64,000 bases of DNA from Ascidiaceihabitans donghaensis (GCF_900302465.1 NZ_OMOR01000001.1:2696729-2760728), one strand, 5' to 3'; counted from the stretch's first letter, positions 9,645 to 20,218 are shown. Program-made: numbers and translations. The notes: generated by a model not told the origin, from the sequence alone.

Positions 9645-11144
9645 ATGGACTTTGTACGCCTTGATCCCGCTGACAATGTGGTCACAGCCACCCGCGCCCT
9701 TGAAGTTGGCGTGACGGTAGAGACCATTGAAACACGCGCCCTGATCCCGTCCGGCCACAAGATCGCGACGGCACCCATTGCCGCAGGTGAAGCCGTGCGC
9801 AAGTACAACCAGCTGATCGGCTACGCCAGCGCAGATATTGTGGCAGGCGATCATGTCCACACCCAAAACGTCGACTTTAGGAACACGCAAGCCGCCTATG
9901 AATTCGGCACGGACTTGCGCCATGTTGTGCCCGCCGAAGGTGATACCTTTATGGGGTACAGACGTGAAAACGGGCGCGTGGGCACACGCAACTATATCGC
10001 CATTGTAACGTCGGTGAATTGCTCTGCCACGGCTGCACGTATGATCGCAGATCATTTCACGCCGGACATGATGGCCGATTATCCCAACGTCGATGGGGTC
10101 GTTGCATTTGTGCATGGCACAGGATGTGGCATGGGCGGCGATGGCGAAGGTTTCGAGGCATTGCAGCGTGTAATGTGGGGCTATGCCAAACATCCGAACC
10201 ATGCGGGCGTGGTGATGGTCGGGCTGGGATGCGAAATGAACCAGATCGATTGGCTTCTTGACGCATACGGCCTGAAACAAGGCCCCTTGTTCCAGACTAT
10301 GAACATCCAGAATGTCGCGGGCCTGCGTCAAACGGTGGAATTGGGCATCAAAAAGGTCGCGGCAATGTTGCCTTTGGCCAATGAATACACCCGCACCCCC
10401 TGCCTTGCGTCCCATCTGATGGTGGCATTGCAATGCGGCGGGTCCGATGCGTGGTCCGGCATCACCGCCAACCCCGCGTTGGGCCACGCGTGCGACTTGC
10501 TGGCGGCGCAGGGCGGCACAGGTGTGTTGGCCGAAACACCCGAGATTTACGGTGCCGAACACCTGTTAACGCGCCGCGCCAATGACCGTGCCACAGGTGA
10601 CAGGCTGGTCAGCCTGATCCGATGGTGGGAAGACTACACCAGCCGCAACAAAGGTTCGATGGACAACAATCCCTCGCCGGGCAACAAAGCTGGCGGTTTG
10701 ACCACGATCCTCGAGAAATCATTGGGGGCCGCAGCCAAAGGCGGCACCACACCATTGATGGGTGTGTTCAAATATGCCGAACCTGTCACCGCACACGGGT
10801 TTACGTTTATGGACAGCCCGGGCTACGACCCCGCGTCGGTGACGGGGCAAATTGCAGGGGGCTGCACATTGGTGTGCTTCACGACAGGGCGCGGATCGGC
10901 ATTTGGATCGAAACCGGCCCCTACCATCAAAATCGCAACCAATTCCGAGATGGCCACGCGCATGGTCGAAGACATGGACGTTGATGCAGGCACCATTCTG
11001 ACCCAAGGCATCAGCATCGAAGAAAAAGGCCGCGAGATTTACGAGATGTTTCTGGCCGTGGCCTCAGGCGCACAGAGTAAATCCGAAGCGCAAGGATTGG
11101 GTGACTACGAATTCGTACCCTGGCAAATCGGAGCCACGATGTGA
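9645..11144 (+). CDS. uxaA: Altronate dehydratase / UxaA-family sugar-acid hydrolyase (SAF + UxaA domains)
   Basis: 499 aa. An N-terminal SAF-like segment followed by a large UxaA/GarD-like domain with conserved Cys/His clusters (HGTGCGM, CGGSDAW). Confidence 0.85.
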   Translation: MDFVRLDPADNVVTATRALEVGVTVETIETRALIPSGHKIATAPIAAGEAVRKYNQLIGYASADIVAGDHVHTQNVDFRNTQAAYEFGTDLRHVVPAEGDTFMGYRRENGRVGTRNYIAIVTSVNCSATAARMIADHFTPDMMADYPNVDGVVAFVHGTGCGMGGDGEGFEALQRVMWGYAKHPNHAGVVMVGLGCEMNQIDWLLDAYGLKQGPLFQTMNIQNVAGLRQTVELGIKKVAAMLPLANEYTRTPCLASHLMVALQCGGSDAWSGITANPALGHACDLLAAQGGTGVLAETPEIYGAEHLLTRRANDRATGDRLVSLIRWWEDYTSRNKGSMDNNPSPGNKAGGLTTILEKSLGAAAKGGTTPLMGVFKYAEPVTAHGFTFMDSPGYDPASVTGQIAGGCTLVCFTTGRGSAFGSKPAPTIKIATNSEMATRMVEDMDVDAGTILTQGISIEEKGREIYEMFLAVASGAQSKSEAQGLGDYEFVPWQIGATM

Positions 11145-12127
11145 AACGGATTTTGGTCGTTGGCGGCGGATTGATCGGCAGTCGGCACGTGGATGCGGTG
11201 CTGGCGCATGAAGGCTGCGAACTGGTTGGACTGGTGGATCCGGACATGTCTATTGCGCCGCATGTGCCGCGTTTCGCTTCCATGAAACACGCGCCTGACG
11301 ATGTCGATGGGGTCATCATTGCAACGCCAACCGGCTTGCATGGTGCGCACGGGTTAGAAGCCGCAATGCGTGGCTGGCATATGTTGATCGAAAAGCCAGT
11401 GGCGGAAACACTGGACGAGGCAGAAGCCCTGCAAGCTGCTGTATTTGCAGCCGATGTCGGTTCGTTGGTGGGGCACCACCGGCGCTATCACGCGCCTGTG
11501 CAACAGCTGAAGTTCCTGCTTGCTGAAGGCGCCATTGGCACAGTTGTTGCGGCCAATCTGATCTGGGCCATGCGCAAACCCGATGAGTATTTTCAAGGCA
11601 ATTGGCGCACCGCGGGGGGCAGCCCCGTGATGATCAATCTGGTGCACGACATCGATATTTTGCGCTTTGTTGTTGGTGAAATCGCACAAGTCAGCGCACT
11701 TGCCGGCACCGCTTTGCGCGGTTCAGAGCGGATCGAAAGCGGCGCTGTCGCACTTTTGTTCGAAAACGGAGCAACTGGCACGATCAGCTTTGCGGACACC
11801 ACTCCAAGCCCGTGGGGCTTTGAAGCCGGTACCGGCGAAAATCCGAACATCGGAACCACAGGCCAGGATATGATGTGGATCATGGGCACCACCGGTGCGA
11901 TCAGCTTTCCGTCCATGACACTTTGGGGTGGCACAGACTGGGGCAGCCCTGCGCAAGTTCAGCCCTTGGTGCCAGACCATAATGTAATGCCACCTTTGGC
12001 GGCGCAATTGGATCACTTTGTGGCCGTGATGGATGGGGCAGCCCCCTTGATCGATGTGGCTTGTGCTACACGATCCCTGGACATCGCCCTGCAAATCGAA
12101 ACCCAGTTGATCCAACAAAAACAGTAA
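11141..12127 (+). CDS. Gfo/Idh/MocA family oxidoreductase
   Basis: N-terminal Rossmann ILVVGGGLIGSRH and the EKP motif (LIEKPVAET) characteristic of the family. Start overlaps the uxaA stop. Confidence 0.8.
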   Translation: MKRILVVGGGLIGSRHVDAVLAHEGCELVGLVDPDMSIAPHVPRFASMKHAPDDVDGVIIATPTGLHGAHGLEAAMRGWHMLIEKPVAETLDEAEALQAAVFAADVGSLVGHHRRYHAPVQQLKFLLAEGAIGTVVAANLIWAMRKPDEYFQGNWRTAGGSPVMINLVHDIDILRFVVGEIAQVSALAGTALRGSERIESGAVALLFENGATGTISFADTTPSPWGFEAGTGENPNIGTTGQDMMWIMGTTGAISFPSMTLWGGTDWGSPAQVQPLVPDHNVMPPLAAQLDHFVAVMDGAAPLIDVACATRSLDIALQIETQLIQQKQ

Positions 12128-12153
12128 ATACCACTCGACAAAAGGAACATGTC

Positions 12154-13041
12154 ATGACGCAACCCTCTATCGGATTTATTGGCCTTGGCCTTATGGGCGC
12201 AGCTATGGTCGGGCGTTTGCAAGACAAAGGCTACGCGGTCACCGTCACCGCCAACCGGTCACGCCCCAATATTGACGCGGCTGTTGCGCGCGGCGCCACG
12301 GAAGTGGCCACGGCGCGTGATGTGGCCGCCGCCAGCGATATTGTGATGTTGTGCATGGACACATCTGCCAGCGTCGAGGCCCGCATGCGCGGTGCTGACG
12401 GTGTCATCGCCGGGTTGAAACCCGGTGCAACCGTCGTCGATTTCGGAACGTCTTTGCCCGGATCCACCCGTGCTTTGGGCGCCGAAGTGACCGACGCTGG
12501 CGGCACCTATCTCGATGCCCCGTTGGGACGTACCCCCGCCCATGCCAAGGACGGATTGCTTAATATCATGTGCGCCGGCGACAAAGCGGCATTTGACGCG
12601 ATTGAGCCCACTCTCAAAGACCTTGGCGAAAACGTGTTCCACCTTGGCGCTCTTGGTGCAGGCCACACCATCAAGCTGATCAACAACTTCTTTGGAATGA
12701 CCGTGGCCAACGCCATGGCCGAAGCCTTTGCAATGGCCGATGTCGCCGGCATCGACCGCAAACAGATGCACGGCGTTATGGCCGCGGGCCCGCTGCATTC
12801 CGGCATGATGGACTTTGTTGCTGCCTACGGCGTTGACAAAGATCCCACCAAGCTTGAATTCGCCATTAAAAACGCAGCAAAAGATGTCGGATATTACGCA
12901 CAAATGACCCAAGATGCAGGCGTAGACAGCATCATGTCAAAAGGCACGCTTTCTGCATTAGAGCAAGCCCGCGATGCGGGGCAAGGCGACGATATGGTCA
13001 GCCAGATCGTCGATTTTTACGCAAAACGCTTCAACGGCTGA
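12154..13041 (+). CDS. NAD(P)-dependent beta-hydroxyacid dehydrogenase (HIBADH/tartronate semialdehyde reductase family)
   Basis: GFIGLGLMGAAM Rossmann motif with a catalytic-Lys region. ATG at 12154 preceded by AAAGGAAC. Confidence 0.8.
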   Translation: MTQPSIGFIGLGLMGAAMVGRLQDKGYAVTVTANRSRPNIDAAVARGATEVATARDVAAASDIVMLCMDTSASVEARMRGADGVIAGLKPGATVVDFGTSLPGSTRALGAEVTDAGGTYLDAPLGRTPAHAKDGLLNIMCAGDKAAFDAIEPTLKDLGENVFHLGALGAGHTIKLINNFFGMTVANAMAEAFAMADVAGIDRKQMHGVMAAGPLHSGMMDFVAAYGVDKDPTKLEFAIKNAAKDVGYYAQMTQDAGVDSIMSKGTLSALEQARDAGQGDDMVSQIVDFYAKRFNG

Positions 13042-13044
13042 CCC

Positions 13045-13926
13045 ATGGCCGTCGCCGCCCAAGCCATCGAAGACAAAGCCCGCCTTGGCATCATTATGAT
13101 GCTGGGCGCGTGGTTTATGTTTTCACTGGTGGACACCGGCGCCAAATGGCTGGCCGTGGCGGGTTTGCCTGCATTCCAGCTCGCGTTTATGCGCTATGCG
13201 GGTCACTTTGTGATTTCATTGGGCATCATCGCCAAAGACGGCTTGAGCGCCGACCGCTTCGCCACCACCCATGTGGGTTTGGTATTGATGCGCGCGGCGC
13301 TGTTGATGTCTGCCACCTTGCTTAATTTCTATATTTTACGCTTTTTGCCGCTGACTGTTGTGTCGGCCATTATGTTTTCGTCCCCCATCATCGTGTGTTT
13401 TTTGTCGATCTATGTCTTGAAAGAACGTGTTGGGCCATGGCGGTGGGCTGCAATTATTCTGGGGTTTATCGGCGTTTTGGTTGTGGTTCGTCCATTTGAT
13501 GAAAGCTTTCAGTTGGGCGCAGTGCTGGTTGTTTACAATGCAACTGCAATGGCACTTTATGCGCTGATCACACGCAAGTTGTCGGGCATTGTCGCTGTGG
13601 ACACCATGCAGTTCTACACAGGGCTGATCGGCACGGTCTTTACCTTGCCTTTTGCCCTTTGGGCTTGGCAATCCCCGGAAACACTGTGGGGGTGGTGCGT
13701 TCTGTTCAGTCTGGGTGCATCTGCCTGGCTTGGCCACCAATGGCTGACAAACGCCCACCGCTACGCCACAGCCAATACACTGATGCCCTATACCTATTCA
13801 TTCATGATTTACGTCTCTGTGCTTGGATATGCACTGTTCGGAGACATTCCCGACAGCTACACGCTGGCCGGGGCCGCGATCATCATTTGTGCGGGCCTGA
13901 TTATTTGGAAACGGGAACAGACATGA
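13045..13926 (+). CDS. DMT-superfamily (EamA-like) transporter
   Basis: ~10 predicted TM helices in two EamA-like halves. Confidence 0.8.
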   Translation: MAVAAQAIEDKARLGIIMMLGAWFMFSLVDTGAKWLAVAGLPAFQLAFMRYAGHFVISLGIIAKDGLSADRFATTHVGLVLMRAALLMSATLLNFYILRFLPLTVVSAIMFSSPIIVCFLSIYVLKERVGPWRWAAIILGFIGVLVVVRPFDESFQLGAVLVVYNATAMALYALITRKLSGIVAVDTMQFYTGLIGTVFTLPFALWAWQSPETLWGWCVLFSLGASAWLGHQWLTNAHRYATANTLMPYTYSFMIYVSVLGYALFGDIPDSYTLAGAAIIICAGLIIWKREQT

Positions 13927-14798
13927 CCAAAATCGCCTGTATCGGGGAAGCCATGATTGAATTGGCCATGACCCAAGGCGCAGGCCGTGATAGTGCCGCG
14001 GTGGGTGTGGCCGGCGACACGTTAAACACTGCGATTTACATGCACCGGTCGGCTCCCGATATTCAGGTCGACTATATCACCCGCGTCGGAGACGATCCCT
14101 TTTCAGAAAAGATCCGCAGCTTCATCGCGGCCAACGGCGTCGGAACACAACGCATCGGACGCGTGCGCAACGCCTCACCGGGACTGTATGCCATCACAAC
14201 AAATGAATACGGTGAACGTGCTTTTACCTATTGGCGCAATGCCTCACCTGCCCGCACACTTTTTGCAGGTGGCGACTTCAGCGCGTTGGACGGATACGAC
14301 GCGCTTTATATTTCAGGCATCACCATGGCGATTTTGCCCCATGCTGTCCGTCTGCAGCTGATCCAGTGGCTGCATGACAGCAACACTGTTTTAATATACG
14401 ATAGCAACTACCGCCCCAACCTGTGGGACAACAGAAGCAACGCACAAATGGTCACGCGCGCGATGTGGGCCCGTGCCGACGTCGCACTGCCCTCGATCGA
14501 TGATGAAATGCTGTTGTTTGGCGAGGAAGCCCATCAAACCGAAGCCCGCTTTGCTGCGTTTCAGGGGCGCGGCGCGCTAAAGCGCGGGGCTGAAGGGCCT
14601 ATGTCTTTGGGAGAGCCCGTAACACAGACCTATTCGCCCGCATCAGACGTCATAGACACCACCGCAGCTGGCGACAGTTTTAACGGGGCGTATGTGGCCG
14701 CGGTCCTTGCGGGGGCATCTCAAGCGGAAGCCTTGATGCGCGCCCATGACATGGCCGCATTGGTGGTGCAACATTCGGGGGCTATTGTTCCCTTATAA
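13923..14798 (+). CDS. kdgK: 2-dehydro-3-deoxygluconokinase (PfkB/ribokinase family sugar kinase)
   Basis: N-terminus IACIGEAMIEL and a C-terminal TAAGDSFNGAYVAA anion-hole/DTxGAGD-like motif of PfkB kinases. ATG at 13923 overlaps the previous stop. Sits in a hexuronate-pathway context. Confidence 0.8.
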   Translation: MTKIACIGEAMIELAMTQGAGRDSAAVGVAGDTLNTAIYMHRSAPDIQVDYITRVGDDPFSEKIRSFIAANGVGTQRIGRVRNASPGLYAITTNEYGERAFTYWRNASPARTLFAGGDFSALDGYDALYISGITMAILPHAVRLQLIQWLHDSNTVLIYDSNYRPNLWDNRSNAQMVTRAMWARADVALPSIDDEMLLFGEEAHQTEARFAAFQGRGALKRGAEGPMSLGEPVTQTYSPASDVIDTTAAGDSFNGAYVAAVLAGASQAEALMRAHDMAALVVQHSGAIVPL

Positions 14799-15978
14799 GA
14801 TGGCGCAGATCCTCCGCACCGATCAATCCCAGCATTGCGCCCAGCGGATCATCGTTTTGCAATGCTGTCCGGATCGCGTGCACTTGCGGGTCGTCTACAT
14901 CGCCCTGCACCCCTGAGCAGTAATCCACCCAAGCTTTGATCCCTGCCCCCGCCGCACCCGGTCTACCCCGCGCCCGCAAAGGGGCCACCAACCGGTGAGG
15001 CAATTTCTGGCTACCATCCATCGCAATCTGGGCCAAAGCATGGGCCAGATGTGGATTGTCAAAACGGGCCAGCAGCGCCTTTGCGTAACGGGTCGTTCCC
15101 GCTTGAGCGTCGGGGGGAAGCGTTTCTGCGGCTTGCGCCATCAATTGCTCTACCTGCCTTCGCAATTCAGTGTCCGCAATCGCCTCATGCACATAAACAT
15201 ACCCTGCCAAAAGCCCCGCATAAGCCAAATAAGAATGGGCACCGTTCAGCATCCGCAGCTTGCGCATCTCGTGGGGGGCCACGTCCGGCACAATCTGCAC
15301 GTCGGGCCAATTGGGACGCGATGCGGCAAAACGGTCTTCGATAACCCATTCGCGAAACGGCTCGGTCGGCACAACCATGGGGTCCCCCATGTTGCGCAGC
15401 GCATCCGTGGTGGCAGGGGTTATGCGGTCCACCATGGCATTGGGAAATGACGTTTGGGCGAAATTCACCACCACGCCCGCGGCTTGCGCAAATTGCGCGA
15501 CACACCGCGCCAGCACGTCACCATTGCCTTGCAGATTGTCGCAACTTAGCACTGTCACCGGGCTGTTGCGCCGCGCAAGGCCGCGCGTCAAATATCCGAT
15601 GAATGTCTGCGGGCCAACGCCTTGCACGTCGGATGCGATTTGCGGGTTGGACACGTCCAGATGACCATGCGCGTCCAAACAATATCCTTTTTCAGTGACC
15701 GTGGCCGAAATAATCTGAATTTTTGGATCAGCCACAGCTTGCAGCACCGCCTTGGGGTTTTCGGCGGCGACCAGCACATCCCGAACCGCCGTAATCCGTT
15801 TTGTCCCCTGCCCTTGTACCGCCAGATCATAACAGTAGTTTTGCGCGGCCAGCCCGTCTCGGATGGCGGCGGACCTCAGGCTGACGCCAGTGATTGTCCA
15901 TCCACCTGCGTCTTGTGTGTAATCAGCCAAATGGGCACGCGCGAAACTGCCCAATCCAAAATGCAAAATACGTCCCAT
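14782..15978 (-). CDS. uxuB: Mannitol dehydrogenase family oxidoreductase (fructuronate/tagaturonate reductase, UxuB/UxaB-like)
   Basis: ILHFGLGSFARAH N-terminal Rossmann typical of the long-chain mannitol DH family. Immediately downstream of uxaC on the same strand. Confidence 0.75.
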   Translation of the reverse strand: MGRILHFGLGSFARAHLADYTQDAGGWTITGVSLRSAAIRDGLAAQNYCYDLAVQGQGTKRITAVRDVLVAAENPKAVLQAVADPKIQIISATVTEKGYCLDAHGHLDVSNPQIASDVQGVGPQTFIGYLTRGLARRNSPVTVLSCDNLQGNGDVLARCVAQFAQAAGVVVNFAQTSFPNAMVDRITPATTDALRNMGDPMVVPTEPFREWVIEDRFAASRPNWPDVQIVPDVAPHEMRKLRMLNGAHSYLAYAGLLAGYVYVHEAIADTELRRQVEQLMAQAAETLPPDAQAGTTRYAKALLARFDNPHLAHALAQIAMDGSQKLPHRLVAPLRARGRPGAAGAGIKAWVDYCSGVQGDVDDPQVHAIRTALQNDDPLGAMLGLIGAEDLRHLIREQ

Positions 15979-17412
15979 TCAGCGCCCCAACCGGTAGGCG
16001 TCCTGCGCCAGCCCCACAGCCAATTCCTGTGCCAGATGCGTGGCATCGCTGACATCGAACGCCCCATCAGACACCTGTTGGGCCAAATGCAAAGCGACCG
16101 CGCGGCGCCATAAATCGTGGCGCGCAGGAATAGACAGGAACGCACGCGTATCGTCGTTAAACCCCGCCAGATTGTAATACCCGGCAGTCTCGACCACCTG
16201 ATCAAAATACCGCGCGATACCGGCGGGACTGTCATGAAACCACCACGGCGGCCCAATCCGAAGACAGGGCCAATGCCCCGCCATAGGGGCCAATGTGCGG
16301 GCATAGGTTGCCTCGTCCAGCGTGAACAAAATCAAAGTAAAGTCCGCACGGTTGCCGACACGGTTCAACAATGCCTCAAGCCCACGCACCCAATCGGTTT
16401 GCACTGGAATGTCAGCACCTTTGTCCCGACCGAACCGGGCCATCACATGGGCGTTTGTGTTTCTCTTGCTGCCTGCATGTATTTGCATGACCAGCCCGTC
16501 ATCCAAGGACATCTGTGCCATCTCGATCAGCATATGCCCGTAAAACCTGATGCGATCCTGCGCAGATGCGGCACCGCTTTGCACGCGTGGCCAAAGTGTA
16601 TCCGGGTCTTCCAGCCACTCGGTCCAGATCACTTCAATGGCGTGATCCGTGGCCGTGGCCCCCATGTCGCGGAAAGCCGCGCGACGCTGGCGCAAAGCTG
16701 CGAGGTAGCCGCTAAAATCCGAGATATCGGTTTGGGTTAGCTTCGCCAAAGCACGAATGTTTTCAGCAAAGTCGGGGTCATCAGGATCAAGCACCCCGTC
16801 AGGGCGAAAGGTTGGGATCACACGCCCGGACCAAGCGCTGTCTTTGACCCTTTGGTGATGTTCCAAACTGTCCAAAGCACTGTCTGTCGTCGCCAAGGCC
16901 GCAATGTTGAACCGATCAAAAAGCGCCCGCGGTCTGTGATCGTCGCGTGCAAGCTTTTCGCCAATCTGGTCGTAGATCATATCGGCCGTATCCGCCCCAA
17001 GCGACGTCATAATCCCCAATGTCTCTTGCAACACATGACTGATCCACATGCGGGACGGAGTACCCAGGAATAAATGCCAATGCTTCGCAAAGATCCGAAA
17101 AACCTCGCGCGGGTCTGCGGCGTGCCCGATGCCAAGGTCCTCCAACGACACGCCTTGGGAATACAGCATCCGAAACACATAATGATCTGGAATGACCAGC
17201 AGTTCTGCTGCGTTCGAGAATGCACTGTTCTGTGCAAACCATTCAGGATCGCAATGCCCATGAGGCGACACAATCGGCAAGTGCCTTATGCCCTCGTACA
17301 GTGTTTGTGCGCCGCTGGTCAGTCGTTGCATCAGGTCCCCCAGTTTTGAACAGAGTGTGGCGAAGCTTTCGCCATTTGGGAAGGTTTTCCCTTGGCGCGG
17401 CAGCGGTTTCAT
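15979..17412 (-). CDS. uxaC: Glucuronate isomerase
   Basis: HGHCDP motif, comparable to the E. coli UxaC metal site. Length ~475 aa. The start is ambiguous among 17460, 17412 and 17328; 17412 is chosen to leave room for a divergent promoter. Confidence 0.85.
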   Translation of the reverse strand: MKPLPRQGKTFPNGESFATLCSKLGDLMQRLTSGAQTLYEGIRHLPIVSPHGHCDPEWFAQNSAFSNAAELLVIPDHYVFRMLYSQGVSLEDLGIGHAADPREVFRIFAKHWHLFLGTPSRMWISHVLQETLGIMTSLGADTADMIYDQIGEKLARDDHRPRALFDRFNIAALATTDSALDSLEHHQRVKDSAWSGRVIPTFRPDGVLDPDDPDFAENIRALAKLTQTDISDFSGYLAALRQRRAAFRDMGATATDHAIEVIWTEWLEDPDTLWPRVQSGAASAQDRIRFYGHMLIEMAQMSLDDGLVMQIHAGSKRNTNAHVMARFGRDKGADIPVQTDWVRGLEALLNRVGNRADFTLILFTLDEATYARTLAPMAGHWPCLRIGPPWWFHDSPAGIARYFDQVVETAGYYNLAGFNDDTRAFLSIPARHDLWRRAVALHLAQQVSDGAFDVSDATHLAQELAVGLAQDAYRLGR

Positions 17413-17482
17413 CGCACATTTTGAATGTAGCCACGACGCCTTGGCACAGGTTAGGGTCAAGGATGCGGAAGGAACATAAACA

Positions 17483-18670
17483 ATGAAGCAAACTTGGCGC
17501 TGGTTCGGGCCACAAGACCCGATCGCACTTGCCGATCTGCATCAGGTTGGGGTGCAGGGCATCGTCACAGCCTTGCATCAATTTCCCCCCGGGTGTGCAT
17601 GGCCTGAAGACGCAATTGACACGCGATGTGCGCTGTTGAAGGATGCAGGGTTTCAGTGGGATGTGGTCGAAAGCTTGCCTGTCTCGGAGGCGATCAAAAC
17701 CAAGGCGGCGGATCGCGCCGACCATATCGCGGCTTACAAAACCAGTCTTGAGCGGCTGGCGTCGCGCGGCATTCAGACCATTTGTTACAATTTCATGCCT
17801 GTTCTGGACTGGACGCGTACGGATTTGGCGGCTGTGCAACCTCATGGCGGCACCGCTATGGCCTTTGATTTGGTGGATTTTGCCGCCTTCGATCTTTGCA
17901 TTCTCAAACGCCCGACCGCAACCAATGACTATGACGACGCCCTTTCAGACATGGCCCATGCACGATTTGCCGCAATGACAGACTGCGCCAAACAGAAGTT
18001 GCAGCACAATATCACTGCAGGCTTGCCCGGCGCGAACGACACTTGGAGCGTTCAGGATGTGGCACGTCATCTCAGCACATATGACGGAATTTCGCCCCAA
18101 GACCTGCGTCAGAATCTGATCGATTTTTTAAGTGATGTGGTGCCTGTTGCCGAACGTCTTGGCATGCGGCTGTGTTGCCATCCCGACGATCCGCCTTTTC
18201 CGCTGCTTGGGTTACCGCGCGTGATGTCATCGACAGACGACTACGCGGCAGTGCTGGATGCAGTCAACAGCCCGGCCAACGGCGCCACCTTGTGCACCGG
18301 ATCCCTTGGTGTGGATGCTGGATTTGATCCGGCGGACTTTGTCAGACGGTTGGGTGCACGTATCCATTTTGTTCACTTGCGCAACACCAAACGTGAGGAA
18401 TCTGCCGACAAAAACCGCCCCAGCTTTTACGAAGCGCCCCATCTGGAGGGCGACACGGACATGGTCGCAACCGTACACGCGCTTATGGCCGAACAAGACC
18501 GTCGCAAGTCACAAGGCCGCGCAGATTGGAACATCCCGATGCGTCCAGATCATGGGCAAGCATTGCTTGGCGACTTGCACATGGAAAGCACGCCAGGCTA
18601 CCCCCTGATCGGCAGAATGCGCGGATTGGCCGAGCTTCGCGGCATCATGGCCGGATGGCGCAGCGCTTAG
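17483..18670 (+). CDS. uxuA: Mannonate dehydratase
   Basis: N-terminus MKQTWRWFGPQDPIALADLHQVGVQGIVTALH closely matches the UxuA family start (E. coli MEQTWRWYGPNDPV...). Confidence 0.9.
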   Translation: MKQTWRWFGPQDPIALADLHQVGVQGIVTALHQFPPGCAWPEDAIDTRCALLKDAGFQWDVVESLPVSEAIKTKAADRADHIAAYKTSLERLASRGIQTICYNFMPVLDWTRTDLAAVQPHGGTAMAFDLVDFAAFDLCILKRPTATNDYDDALSDMAHARFAAMTDCAKQKLQHNITAGLPGANDTWSVQDVARHLSTYDGISPQDLRQNLIDFLSDVVPVAERLGMRLCCHPDDPPFPLLGLPRVMSSTDDYAAVLDAVNSPANGATLCTGSLGVDAGFDPADFVRRLGARIHFVHLRNTKREESADKNRPSFYEAPHLEGDTDMVATVHALMAEQDRRKSQGRADWNIPMRPDHGQALLGDLHMESTPGYPLIGRMRGLAELRGIMAGWRSA

Positions 18671-18818
18671 ACCCATATTCCAAAATTGACCTAAGATTTG
18701 AAATCCGCTCCCCCAAAGTGACATCTTGACGGGACAATTTTCTGATCCCACTTTAAGGCAATCACATAAACTGGAGTTTTCCGTGCCCTCAGCCCCCCTT
18801 TGCGATGCGCCTGTCGAC

Positions 18819-19682
18819 ATGACGCAAAAGCCAGACGTCAAAGCCTTTTTCGATCCACAATCCAACACCATCGGATATGTCGTGAAAGATCCGGCAAGCA
18901 CGGCCTGCGCGGTGATCGACGCTGTTATGCAGTTCGACTATGCAGCGGGGCGGCTAAGCTATGAGTGTGCAGATGAAATGATCGCATTTATCGAAAGCAA
19001 CGGCCTGTCTCTTGAATGGATCATCGAAACCCATGTCCATGCGGACCACTTGTCGGGTGCGCCCTACATCCAGCAGCGCCTTGGGGGTAAGATCGGTATT
19101 GGCGCCGGCATTATGCAGGTTCAGGACACCTTTGGAAAAATCTTCAACGAAGGCACAGAATTTCAACGTGACGGGTCACAGTTTGACCAGCTGTTTCAAG
19201 ACAATGATACCTATCAAGTCGGGGAAATGAACTGTTTTGCGATGCACACCCCCGGACACACCCCTGCGTGCATGGTGCATGTTATGGGCGATGCGGCGTT
19301 TGCGGGGGACACGTTGTTTATGCCCGATGGGGGATCAGCGCGCGCAGACTTTCCGGGGGGCGACGCTGGGCAACTTTACGACAGCATCACGCGCGTGCTC
19401 AGCCTGCCCGAAGACATGCGGCTTTTTGTATGCCACGACTATGGCCCCGGTGGCCGCGCCATTGCGTGGGAAACGACAATTGGGGCGCAACAAGAGGCAA
19501 ACATTCACGTAGGCGCCAACGCCACCCGCGAAGATTTTGTGCAAATGCGCGAGACACGCGATGCGCAACTTGCGATGCCCAAGCTAATCATCCCTTCGCT
19601 TCAGGTGAATATGCGTGCAGGTGAAATCCCGCGTGACCCGTCTGGTGCGATGATGATGAAGCTGCCGGTCAACAAGCTTTAA
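18819..19682 (+). CDS. MBL-fold metallo-hydrolase (glyoxalase II / persulfide dioxygenase-like)
   Basis: HVHADH metal-binding motif plus downstream His/Asp ligands (HTPGHT, DTLF, CHDY). ATG at 18819 chosen. Confidence 0.75.
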   Translation: MTQKPDVKAFFDPQSNTIGYVVKDPASTACAVIDAVMQFDYAAGRLSYECADEMIAFIESNGLSLEWIIETHVHADHLSGAPYIQQRLGGKIGIGAGIMQVQDTFGKIFNEGTEFQRDGSQFDQLFQDNDTYQVGEMNCFAMHTPGHTPACMVHVMGDAAFAGDTLFMPDGGSARADFPGGDAGQLYDSITRVLSLPEDMRLFVCHDYGPGGRAIAWETTIGAQQEANIHVGANATREDFVQMRETRDAQLAMPKLIIPSLQVNMRAGEIPRDPSGAMMMKLPVNKL

Positions 19683-19783
19683 CATTTTCTGTTTGGCGAC
19701 ACAGCAGCGCAAGCATCCTATGGTTGGGTTTTGGGTCTGCGCAAAACTTGTCAACTTATCCGCGGCCCCCTAAGAGTTCGTAT

Positions 19784-20218
19784 ATGAGTTTCCCAAATCG
19801 CCCAACCCAACGATCTTTGCCAATTTCCCTTTTGCGTGCACGTGAAACGGTGATGGGGCCGGTACGCGATATGCTGCAAAGCTCTGGCATTTCTGAACAA
19901 AAATGGCGCGTTTTGCGGGTGGTAGAAGAATCTGGCCCATTGGAACAAACCGCCATTGCCAAAGCCGCCAGCCTGTTGCTGCCCAGTCTGACACGGCTGA
20001 ACAAGTCCATGGTGGACGACGGGCTTTTGCACCGCACCGAAGATCCAAACGACAAACGCAAAGCGATCATCACAATAACCGACAAAGGCCGTGCGCTGAT
20101 CCAATCCCATACGGCGGAAAGCGACGCGATTTTCTCTAACATCACAGAGCAGTTCGGCGCCGAGCGTTTGGACGACTTGTTGGACCTTTTAGAAGACTTG
20201 CAACGGCTGAAACTGTAA
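19784..20218 (+). CDS. MarR-family transcriptional regulator (HpaR-like)
   Basis: wHTH region LEQTAIAKAASLLLPSLTRLNKSMVDDGLLHRTEDPNDKRKAIITITDKG typical of MarR/HpaR. ATG at 19784. Confidence 0.8.
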   Translation: MSFPNRPTQRSLPISLLRARETVMGPVRDMLQSSGISEQKWRVLRVVEESGPLEQTAIAKAASLLLPSLTRLNKSMVDDGLLHRTEDPNDKRKAIITITDKGRALIQSHTAESDAIFSNITEQFGAERLDDLLDLLEDLQRLKL

